This document shows positions 1 through 10,104 of a stretch of 64,000 bases of DNA, one piece after another. Numbering within the stretch: position 1 is the stretch's first letter; every line of letters begins with the position of its first letter. A program made the position numbers and the translations under genes. The notes below the pieces were generated by a model, which had not been told where the DNA came from, did not search any database, and saw only the letters and a list, made by a program, of their open reading frames with translations. The DNA lies in the NCBI GenBank assembly GCA_964658305.1, contig OZ210884.1, positions 5,642,001-5,706,000 of the forward strand, read 5' to 3'. Source of the stretch: Leptogorgia sarmentosa. Taxonomy: Eukaryota.

Positions 1-2
1 CG

Positions 3-632
3 ATTACTGTTGATCAGTATTTCTACATTGTAAAGCCTTTGAAATATCCAATGATTGTGACCAAAGAACGAGTGTTTAAAGCCATTGCTGTCATTTGGTT
101 ATGCTCCGCTTCTCTATACATTATACTGCATGTACATTGGAGGAAATTTGACGGTAAATTAAGAAGCTTCTGCTTCTTAATATCTGATCTCTTCTTTTCG
201 CTGCTCAACATTTTTGTCGCCTGTCTTCCACTTATTATCATCTTCATTCTCAATTTCAAAATTTTTAATGTTGCTCGAAAACATCGAAATCGAATCTTGG
301 ACGAAACAACCGTAGCTGTCGAGGTTTCCAATGAACATTCAACCAGGAGATTGATTGCTCTACTCCGTTATCATGTAGGATTGAAAGCTGCGAAGACATT
401 TGTGATCGTTGTCATGGTCTTAGCTTGCTGTGTTGTTACTCCGTCCATAATTGGGGTCATGATAGAAAATCTTTGTAGTTATTCATGTCGTCATATTTGG
501 TACGTTGTTTTCTGCTACGAATTTTATGGAATAAACTCGATCGTGAATCCCTTCATTTATGGAATAAGGCATGTAAAAGACAGAAGAGCGTATGGAGATA
601 TTCCTTTCAAAATATTTCGCTGCCGTAAATAA
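3..632 (+). CDS. Rhodopsin-like (class A) GPCR, 3' part (end of TM3 to C-terminus), truncated by the window edge
   Basis: Open frame from base 3 reads ITVDQYFYIVKPLKYPMIV...KAAKTFVIVV...YGINSIVNPFIYG, with hydrophobic TM4-TM7 and an NPxxY motif. Clear paralog of the ORFs at 3824 and 6765. Confidence 0.9.
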   Translation: MTVDQYFYIVKPLKYPMIVTKERVFKAIAVIWLCSASLYIILHVHWRKFDGKLRSFCFLISDLFFSLLNIFVACLPLIIIFILNFKIFNVARKHRNRILDETTVAVEVSNEHSTRRLIALLRYHVGLKAAKTFVIVVMVLACCVVTPSIIGVMIENLCSYSCRHIWYVVFCYEFYGINSIVNPFIYGIRHVKDRRAYGDIPFKIFRCRK

Positions 633-821
633 CGCGAGTCCGTAGAAAATGTCTGATAAAATAGCTATTTAATGGATTGGAATATAAGTAGATTGGAAGG
701 CTAACACCATACGTTTCTTTGCGTTTTGAGTTCAAATACTTAACGCCAAAGATTGTGCCTTATAATGAAATTGAAGCTGTTAAAAAGTTGTAGTTTAATA
801 CACAAAATTCAGGACTTTAAC

Positions 822-1181
822 AAGGCCTACTCCATGCAGGGTGCAAGATCGCCTAAAATAGCCTAACATCGGTTAAGATCGCCTGAGAACGCCTAAAATT
901 GCTCAAGATTGCATATGATCAACATATATTACCTACAAAGAAATAAGCATTCTGGACTTAATAGGGGGTCTGAATAGAGAGAAGGCATCAACTTTTTTTT
1001 ATAATCCCGAATAAACCTTAGTATATAATATCACCTAATATTGCATCGCTCAAGATTGCCTAAGATCGCCTAAGATCGGCCAAGATCGCATAAGAACGCT
1101 CAAGATCGCCTTGAATTTTGGCAGTTTTTCCCTAATATCGCAATTAATCACGGCGATCTTGGACCCTATAGAGAAGGCCTT
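822..1181. mobile_element. MITE-like element with imperfect terminal inverted repeats and internal 10-bp AAGATCGCCT repeats
   Basis: Left end aaggcctactccatgcagggtgcaagatcgcc matches the reverse complement of the right end, aaggccttctctatagggtccaagatcgcc. Many aagatcgcct-like decamers lie inside. Confidence 0.6.
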
Positions 1182-1596
1182 TAAGAAAACCTAAGAGTTC
1201 GAGTGGAAAGTTGCCACGTTCATTTTAAACAATGCGTATGTTTTGAATTTTTCTAGCATTTCTATTTTTTCTAAAACGTTGAAGTTTTTATAATAAATGC
1301 AACTTTTTAATCAAAACTCGGAAAAACTAGCTTATACGCGTAGTTTCTGCAGCTTCATATGTTATACGGGCCGGACTGTTTTAGTGTAGTTGTACTGAGT
1401 TGACGTTCCATACAAATTATATCAATGATTTAATATAGCCTAAACTTCTCATGAACGTTCTTGTGACATTGAGCTTAATGCTTTAATGTACTTTTTCTCG
1501 AAATATGACAACGCACAATTACTCCTGCTTCCATCTATAATATTTTTTCTCATTGTAAATAAACTCAAACATGTAAATGAATGGTCATGCCAGCTG

Positions 1597-2466
1597 CAGG
1601 GGCGTAAATATGGGGGGGGGGGGGGCGTGGGGGGGGGTGGTTTATCCCCCCAAAGGCACTGGCCAGTCGGTCTCAAAATACGTACAACAAGTCTCAAAAT
1701 ACAAAATTACGCAATAGAAGGATTAAATGCGTTGCTGAGCGAAGACCGACATATTATCTCGAGACCGACTGCATTCATAACAATAAATTATAAAAAGTAA
1801 AGTGATTATGCAGTTTACGAATGGTGTTATGCGGACAGGCGTCATTTGGGACCTTAAGATTGCGAGAAAACTGTGACGGCAACACCAACCGGAAGTAACG
1901 GGTGAACTATTTTTGCTGACTTTGCAGTAATTTCAAAAATTCGGGCACTGATTTTGAGCATAATTCGGGCACTGATTTTGAGCATAATTCGGGCAAAAAT
2001 CTGAGGAATAAGGTAATGTCAACAATCCTCCAGTCGTTCACCTGAACGAGCGTGGAAAAGTCCAAGAAAGTGGAGTTAGAACTCTGAAATCACCGTTTCC
2101 GGCAATCCAGAGGTTGTAAAAGTTCAAAAATTTCTCGCTCGGCGCCAACCATGATGGCGCCTCGTGACATTCGCTACCCTCAAATTCGGCCCAGCTCATT
2201 CCCCGTTTCAACGTTGCCGTTGGAGTCGCCGTCGTGTAATCTTAAGGTCTCTAATGGTGTTATGCGGACAGGCGTTTTAACACCTTCCTTCTAACAGATA
2301 ACATGCTCTCAAAATGCTGGAAATGCCATTTCCGAGACCCAAATTTCAAAATTTTCCCGGGGGGCATGCCCCCAGACCCCCCTAGGTTTCTCGTGCCTTC
2401 GGCACTCGAATCGGTCTACATTATGATTTACACCCCCCCCAAACAAAATCGATATGTACGCCCCTG
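1597..2466. mobile_element. Non-autonomous hAT-like DNA transposon
   Basis: TIRs CAGGGGCGTA(A/C)ATAT at both ends and a perfect 8-bp target-site duplication GCCAGCTG (1589-1596 and 2467-2474). Confidence 0.85.
1848..2251. mobile_element. Second inverted-repeat element nested inside the hAT-like element
   Basis: Ends GGGACCTTAAGATT...AATCTTAAGGTCTC. Flanked by a 23-bp direct duplication aatggtgttatgcggacaggcgt (1820-1842 and 2253-2275). Confidence 0.6.
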
Positions 2467-3823
2467 GCCAGCTGTTGTTTTAACTGTTAGATATGTTTGT
2501 AAAAATATCGTGAGGTTTTTTTGAATGGACCGAGCGACGAAGGAGTGAAGTCAATGCCAAAAACTGAGGTCTGATATTTCACAGTACAGACCGAACAAGC
2601 GACGTCAATAATTCGTTTATTATATGGCTGAATTGAGTATTTGAGCATATGCTTTTCGCACGAATTAAATCGGCTATCATCGGTCTCACTGCAGGTAATG
2701 GCGAGGAAAGTGCATTAAATTTTCAAAAAAATATCATGCACGATATAAACAGCTAAATTAGAAACTAAATTTGTTGTTTACAATGATAAAGTGTGAATGA
2801 ACATGATTGGTTGCTATTTGTCGCTCTTTCTTTGTAACTCGTATCTTATAACTCGTAAGTTCTGTACATTGCGGAACAAATTATTGATAAAAGCAGAAAT
2901 TATTGATCAGCAGAATTAAAACTATTTTCCGCAGCCATGTTGGAACTAGTCAGACAGCCAATCAAAATACTTGAAAACCATTATTTACCACTTAAATTAT
3001 ACTAAGTATATATATTTTTTGTCTCAGTCTATTAGTTGACATATTCAACTAATGTCCATTCCGGGCGTTATCCCAGGACGAGGGAACTAATTCTGCACTG
3101 CTATTTACACCCAAGTATAAGGACAGCATAACGGAGTCGATTTGGCCGCCATTTTGGGTTACCGTCTGAGGGTGGTCATCACTGATCTCAAAAATATGGC
3201 GGACTGTCGTTTTTGAAAAAACGAAAATAAAGACAAGATCTATGCTTAAAGACTAGTCTTGAAAATTAAGCCTTCTGAGAAAATATAAGTGTTGGGGAAA
3301 AGCTGAGATTAAACACATGGGATCTAACCAAAAATTTCTTCCCCAGAAACTCTGACAAAAGAAAGCCCAAAGACCCAAACAAGAAAGATTCTGGTAGTTC
3401 TACATCGGCATGTCTGTCTGCTTTCAAATAATGTATGTCATCTCTAAGAAATATGGCATTCTATATCTAGTTGAGATTCTTTTAGCAAAAATATAGTTAT
3501 TAAAAAACCCAGAAAAGTTTAGCAATGCCTTCTCCTTGGTTTGTCGTTAGGAATTAAACAACTTACAGAATAAACTCCACAAAATAACACCTAAATTAGA
3601 GCGAAATCCATACATTTTGACACTGGAAATGTGTTTAAACTATTGAAATTAGTTGATATAAACATGCCAAATATTAATAAAATCTTTACAGTGATTAATG
3701 TAAGAATTTATTTCACGCTTATACGGCAAACGTGAAATATAAGACTTGATTCTCAAAACAATAGATACAATTATCCAACCTCTTGAATCATGAATTGTAG
3801 CAAAACAGTTCGAAACATAATTA

Positions 3824-4816
3824 TTATGAATGTTCAGAGGCCACGCGTAAGCCGCGGTGTCGACGAAATATTCCTGAAAGAATATCTTTAAAGGCTTTTC
3901 TGTATTTCATATGCCTCATTCCATAGATGAAGGGATTCACAATTGAGTTTATTCCATACAGCTCATAGTGCAAAACTACGTACCAAGTGTGGCGGCATGA
4001 TTCGGTACAAAAATTTGTCAGAGCTAAACCGATTAGGGTTGGGGTTAGCACACAGAAAGCCAAGACCACTATCACAACAGAAAATGTCTTCGCTTCTTTT
4101 AAAGCAGAGAAAAAACGGCGTATAGCGATCAAGTTTTGGGAGGATTGCTCATTTCCGACCGTTATAGTTTCTTCTCTCAAGATTCGTTTTCTTTGTTTAC
4201 AGCCTACACTCAAAATTCGAAAGTTGAGCACAAACACTATAACAAGTGGAAGAAATCCAACAAAAACGACCAGAAACAAAAAAAAGTTTTTATGTACGAC
4301 ACGACACAAGCCTCTACGCGGAGAGTCAAATTTTCTTGAGTAAATTTGTAACACAGTTAAAAAGCCACAGGATATAAGCCATATTCCTGAAACAGCTACC
4401 AATACGCGTCGGTTGGTGACAATTATTGGATATTTTAGAGGTCGTACAATGTATATGTAGCGATCAACAGTAATTGCGAGAAGCGTAGCGATAGAAGCGA
4501 AGAAAAATGACCAGATAGTCGATCGACTTAACTTACAAAACAAATCTTGATCGCTGTCAATGTCTAATATCGTCCGTACGAACTCAGTTATCCAAATTGG
4601 ATAAAATGTTAAACACACAAGAAGATCTGCCAGTGCCAGGTTTCCGACCAAGTAAGATGTCACCGTCTTGTCTTTTTTCAAAAAAATTGTGTAAATTAGA
4701 ACAGCAATGTTTCCAATTGCTCCAATAATCATTGCAATGAATTTGAATGAAACTGATGGGAGAAGAATCTCTCTTCCTACTGCAAATAAATGTGTCGTGG
4801 TATTGCTCATAATCAT
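3824..4816 (-). CDS. Intronless rhodopsin-like (class A) GPCR, 330 aa
   Basis: Seven hydrophobic segments, GN in TM1, NLALAD in TM2, Cys at the top of TM3, DRY and NPFIY. Confidence 0.95.
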   Translation of the reverse strand: MIMSNTTTHLFAVGREILLPSVSFKFIAMIIGAIGNIAVLIYTIFLKKDKTVTSYLVGNLALADLLVCLTFYPIWITEFVRTILDIDSDQDLFCKLSRSTIWSFFFASIATLLAITVDRYIYIVRPLKYPIIVTNRRVLVAVSGIWLISCGFLTVLQIYSRKFDSPRRGLCRVVHKNFFLFLVVFVGFLPLVIVFVLNFRILSVGCKQRKRILREETITVGNEQSSQNLIAIRRFFSALKEAKTFSVVIVVLAFCVLTPTLIGLALTNFCTESCRHTWYVVLHYELYGINSIVNPFIYGMRHMKYRKAFKDILSGIFRRHRGLRVASEHS

Positions 4817-5504
4817 CCCCGGGTATAGAAAGCAAAGGATGTTTTACAGTACACTTGCCTGTTTGAAATTTTGAAACGACTTAAAATATTAACTAAAACG
4901 TCTTAATGCATCCACTTATCGTGAATTTGCATAAAGGTCATTAGCAAAAAAATATTATATAAAGTTATATAGCGAATTCAAAGTAAGCTTAGGCTAAAAT
5001 CGCGTCCGTATAACGCTACTTTTTGTGTCATTTACGAGAGTGTTTCAAGACATTGTGAAACAGTTTAAACAGAATAACTTTTGTGACATATTTTCGCTCG
5101 TATATACATGTCTTTATATTGCCATTTTTGCTTAATGGGTAATATAACATATGTACATATAGTAGTTAGTCAGTCGTCTAAAAATAAGCCATAAAATTGC
5201 TGTATGATAATTGAACAGCTGTTAAGAACTGTCCAGCATGCAAATAAGACGATGTCACGGACTGATGTCAGGCTATAATACGTTTAGCGCATTTGATCAG
5301 AGCAGCACATAATGCCACAAAAATAATAAGTAGTATTATTATAATTATATAGTAGACAGTAAGGTACCGAAAAATACACAGTGAGATATTTTCTATTACT
5401 TTACTAGTGAAGATATCAATCATGCGACCATTTCATGTCCAATTATTAATTTTCAAAATGGCGACGTTTGCCTGAGAGTGGCGAATTAATTTTTGTTTTC
5501 TGTT

Positions 5505-5950
5505 TAAAAAAGTTTAGGTTGGATATAAGTAGCAGTAGGCTCCCATCAACGGACAACTATTCTAGTGGTGAAAGCTACCGAGTTTGAAATGTGTTGGGCG
5601 TGGTTCAATTCTCGCTGCGTGCAGGTATTATTTTGTCTGTTGTATTATTAATACAGTGCTGAAAAAAATGTTAGGTTGAATAAGTAGCAGTATAGACAAC
5701 CATTAACGAACAACTATTCTAGTGGTAAGAGCTACCGAGTTTGAAATGTGTTGGGCGGGGTTCAATTTTCGCTGCATGCAGGTATTATTTTGTCTGTTGT
5801 ATTATTAATACAGTGCTGAAAAAAATGTTAGGTTGAATAAGTAGCAATATAGACAACCATTAACGAACAACTATTCTAGTGGTAAAAGCTACCGAGTTTG
5901 AAATCTGTTCAGCGTGGTTCAATTCTCGCTGCAGTTATTATTTTGTCTGC
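5505..5950 (+). repeat. About three tandem copies (157-bp period) of a unit with a tRNA-like core
   Basis: Cores near 5551, 5708 and 5866 read caactattcTAGTGGTaagagc...gcgtGGTTCAATTctcgc, resembling Pol III A and B boxes with a T-arm-like hairpin. Confidence 0.75.
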
Positions 5951-5984
5951 AAATAAGAGATCGCTAGAGTCGTTTTTGCCTTGT

Positions 5985-6130
5985 AGTTCAGAGTTCTTCA
6001 GAGTAATTCAGAGTTTATCAGAGTTCTTCTGAATAATTCAGAGTTGTTCAGGGTGATTCAGAGCAAATGAGAGATCGCTTGAGTAGTTCAGAGTTGTAAT
6101 TCAGAGTCTTCACAGTAATTCAGGGTAATC
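5985..6130 (+). repeat. Degenerate ~10-bp minisatellite (ttcagagt core)
   Basis: Repeated ttcagagtt / ttcagagtaa / ttcagggt units immediately after the tRNA-like repeats. Confidence 0.65.
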
Positions 6131-6764
6131 TATAATACAACAAGCTTGAACTGTATGGCCATTTAATGAATGAAGTACTATCCAACACTGGAATTTAGTC
6201 GAAGTTTGGGTTGGGAAATAGGAATAAGAACCCCCCTTCAAGAATCTCTTAAATGTGGTGAGCATATATACCCTGAGAACATTTCTACGTCGTTAAATGG
6301 ACGAATGAAAAAGCCTGCTGTGCATTACTTGTGCGATGCCAGTAGCTTTACTTTGACCACCACAGTTTTAACTGTTACACGCCAACCTGAATTTTTAGTA
6401 TATACACTTGTTGTTTTATTAACTGTAATTATAAATATCTGACTACATATATCTTATACAATTATATAATGTTCGTTGTTTGTCGTTTTAATTCTATATA
6501 TAGCTACATACTGATAACATTTTGATGTCTTTGTATAGGTTCGAATGCAAGCTTCCCCATTATCACATTGGTTAATGCTTGGTAAGGTTTGCTTGTTTAA
6601 ATTTCTTGGCCCCAGTTTTTTTCCATAATTATAAATTAAGTTTGAAATTGAAGGCTATTTCTTGTGATAGTATGGAACCTTATTTCCATCTTTATATACA
6701 CAATATTTTATTAGTCTTTCTCCATAAGGACTCAGTTTTGAATTTGAAAATATCACGAAAAATG

Positions 6765-7718
6765 TTATTGGCAGTGGAGTATTCTCAAGATGGCATGTCC
6801 GTATGCTCTTCTACACTTTACATGTCTCATTCCGTAGATGAAAGAATTCACAATAGAGTTAATACCATAAAGTTCGTATTGAAAAACAACAAACCAAATC
6901 TGCTGGCAAGACCGATTACAAAAACCAAAATCTACGAATGATCCCACGAGAGTTGGAATAAAACAGCATAACATCAACACTATGACAACAATAAAAAATG
7001 TCTTAGTTGATTTCAAAGCTTGGAAGAGTTGAATTCTAGTAGTCATGATGTTGGCCGACGATTCAACAGAACAGGGTGCCATATTTGTGATGCGTCTACG
7101 TTGTTTCCGAGCGATATTTAAGATGACAAAATTAAGAAGAAATATTATGAAAAGTGGTATGAAGCCAACAAGCATGTCCGACAACAAAGCAAAATGTGCG
7201 GGTAGATCGCAGAAGCTTCTTAATCCAATGCTAGACTTGGTGAAATGTGCTTCAAATAAAACAAAAAGACAACAGAAAATCACCCAGATTGCAAAAATAG
7301 CTTGAACAACCCGTCGTTTTATGACGATAAGCGGATACATGAGGGGTTTTACAATAAATAGAAACCGGTCTACAGTTATTGCGAGAAGTGTAGCAACTGA
7401 AACAAAGAGAAATGACCAGATGGTTGAGCGACTCAATTTACAGAATAGATCCTGATCACTATCAATGTTTAGCATAGTCCGAATAAACTCAGCGATCCAT
7501 ATTGGATAAAACGTTAAACACACGAGAAGATCTGCCAGTGCCAAATTTCCGACCAAATATGTTGTCGCTGTTTTTTCCTTGCTTGTGAATAATGTACAAA
7601 TTAAAACTGTCATATTTCCCAAAATTCCAATAACCATTGCGATAAGTTTAAATACCACTGAAGGAAAGAGAATGTAATTGGGAAGCGACACTGACTTCGT
7701 TAAGGTGATATTCTCCAT
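6765..7718 (-). CDS. Intronless rhodopsin-like (class A) GPCR, paralog of the 3824-4816 gene
   Basis: ATG at 7718 (MENITL). TM2-TM3 is nearly identical to the neighbour (YLVGNLALADLLVCLTFYPIWI...DSDQDLFCKLSRSTIWSF). Has DRF, and TM7 reads NSFIY. Confidence 0.93.
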   Translation of the reverse strand: MENITLTKSVSLPNYILFPSVVFKLIAMVIGILGNMTVLICTLFTSKEKTATTYLVGNLALADLLVCLTFYPIWIAEFIRTMLNIDSDQDLFCKLSRSTIWSFLFVSVATLLAITVDRFLFIVKPLMYPLIVIKRRVVQAIFAIWVIFCCLFVLFEAHFTKSSIGLRSFCDLPAHFALLSDMLVGFIPLFIIFLLNFVILNIARKQRRRITNMAPCSVESSANIMTTRIQLFQALKSTKTFFIVVIVLMLCCFIPTLVGSFVDFGFCNRSCQQIWFVVFQYELYGINSIVNSFIYGMRHVKCRRAYGHAILRILHCQ

Positions 7719-9605
7719 TATTTTCTTTGTACTACAGTAGGTCCTCAGCTTTGTATGGGTTGTCAGGGTTACCAAAGCCTGTAACTTACGCAGAAGCTCT
7801 GAGTCAGCGTTGTTTTCACAAATTCTCGTTGGATCACAGCACGTTACTCAATCGACATTCACTTAGTCCATTGTGTACTTCGCACGATATTCAGGTTATG
7901 AATAAATTGAAATTATACTCGATGCCAAAGTTGGTAAATAATCAAAAATATAGACTGTAACACAGTAACCCATATAATATCTATTGCAAATGGAACTGTT
8001 ACTTCATGCACAATAATTATAAAAACCTTTGGAGATTAATAATTTTTCAAATTTGTGATTAATCATTCATGATGATAGATTAGTCAAACTTGATAAACTT
8101 ATCTGCAACTTCCTCAATTATAACTAACAGCAAATTTTCACTGAACAATGTACAACATACTACTTTCTCTTCAAGATTGACAGTGTGATATGCTGCAGCT
8201 GGCGACAGCTGCTCAGAATTGTAACTTTATCCCTATTACATGAAACTTTATCGTGTGATGAATTGTGTTCCAACACGGTTTTGCAATTTTATCATGCAGA
8301 AATAATCTAAACTCCAGGAACGATAGATAATATACCCGCGTTTTCTACCAGATGAAAAAAAAGTGATGGGTACAGAAAGTGTATATGAATATTAAAATTA
8401 GATGCCACTTTTTAAAGTAAAGAACTTTATCATGCCAATCACAATCTAAGTGATACGTTCAGTGTTTTATTCACATTCTCTGAGTCAACTAACAGGATGG
8501 CATTATATTTCCAGTGATTCTTGTTCAGTTAAAGTTACTCCTACGAGAGGAGTAAAACGTATACTTTAAGCGATTTATATAAAAAAATTTGGAAACTTAT
8601 GTAGGATTTCCTTAAAAAGAAATATTAAAATAGTACGTAGCTATAGGTAGCTATATATTACATATATTTATTACTTTCACGATTTGTATTTATGCATGGT
8701 GTCAACAATCTGAAAAATTACACAAATGCTTTAATCAAATTGCCACAGTTTAGGGCATTCACATTTTTCTCACTCAATAACTCGCTAGGCTCTATTAAAC
8801 TCGTAAGGTTCAGGGCCAGCTAGATGTTTAGATTCTTCATATTCCCCCATGCAGAATCCCGCAAATTATTTTGTTGAACTCGCGTCCGCCATAAATTTGG
8901 ACAATTATATTCGAAGCCTCATATGTAGTTTTCGAAAAAGGCACAGTTCACATTCACGTGAGAAAAGAAGCGAGAAATCAATGTCCATGTTTGATCGTGT
9001 ATTTTTAAAAAAACATCAATTTGTCTCGCATTGCATTGCATTGGCAAAAATATTTTTGCCAAATTTTTCAACACTTGAAATATAAAAAAAATACTCTGTT
9101 CGTTACAGAAATGTTTTTATTTATTCAGCATTGTTTTTCACTTCTTTTATTTTAGTACTGACGCCATCTCAAAAATGAATGGAAACTGAGACAATTTGAC
9201 ATCACTCATTCCAATTTTGTTTGGGGAACCAATAGTGCGCATTATTTACAGCTTCGTATTGGAGTAATTGGTGGAAGGCAGATAATCAAAACGCGCTTCA
9301 GAGCTTTTGCGAGTTGCCCGATATGTAGTATGGTTATTAACGGGTCTAATTGTGCTTTTCCACTTTCATTTTTTTTCATTATAAAAATGAAGACTACTAT
9401 TTGGAAAACATTGGGGGGCAGTTGCCCCCCCTTGCCCCCCCTTGCCGGCGCCACTGGTACCTCGATCGAAGACTGACGGGTAATGAAAGTAAAAAAAGGA
9501 ATGAAAAATACAACGCATTTGTTATAGACCCAGGCCATGTACTCAAGATCAGACGAGCAGTGAAGGCTTGCAAAAGTTGCAATACAGTAGTTCTCGATTG
9601 GATAA

Positions 9606-10003
9606 GGGACCGGTCATTATTTATGGCAGGGGTGGGGGCTGAAGAGAAAATGGTGGGGTAGCTAATTAACTAGGTATGTCTGGAGTGGGGTAAAGTAAAA
9701 AATGAGAAGGACATATGGGTGGAATAAAAATAACAATGTTTACCACTCGCTTATTTACCAAGTATTACTTGCAATATGCACATTATACATTTTAAAATTC
9801 AATGACGAAAAATCAAACCTCACTTGTTGTTATATAATTGCAAGGTTCATAAAAATTGGGGAAAAAATCGTTCGCCTTGTTTTAAAAAATGGGGTCAAAT
9901 GGTCAAAAATGGGGTGTAAAACGAAGGTTGGGTAAGAGAAAGTTTTGGCTTTGAAACATTTTCTTTTCAGCCCCCACCCCTGACATAAATAATGACTGGT
10001 TCC
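9606..10003. mobile_element. PIF/Harbinger (Tourist)-like MITE
   Basis: About 45-bp TIRs GGGACCGGTCATTATTTATGGCAGGGGTGGGGGCTGAAGAGAAAATG with the matching reverse complement at about 9957-10003, and TAA on both flanks. Confidence 0.8.
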
Positions 10004-10104
10004 TAAATTAAATATAAAATAATATTTTCCAATTATTTTAATTCGAACATTCACAGCTAAGTTTAGAGAATAGATAGAAACCTAGTAAAAAGTTCAGGTA
10101 TTTA

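Noticed and set aside
5551..5932. Functional tRNA genes or a CRISPR-like array
   Set aside because: No pairing acceptor stem or clean anticodon arm. The sequence between cores is also repeated rather than forming unique spacers, and the context is eukaryotic.
23..7305. Antisense ORFs overlapping the GPCRs (23-331, 3987-4343, 7045-7305; also 43497-43769)
   Set aside because: Expected shadow frames of hydrophobic coding sequence, with no independent motifs.
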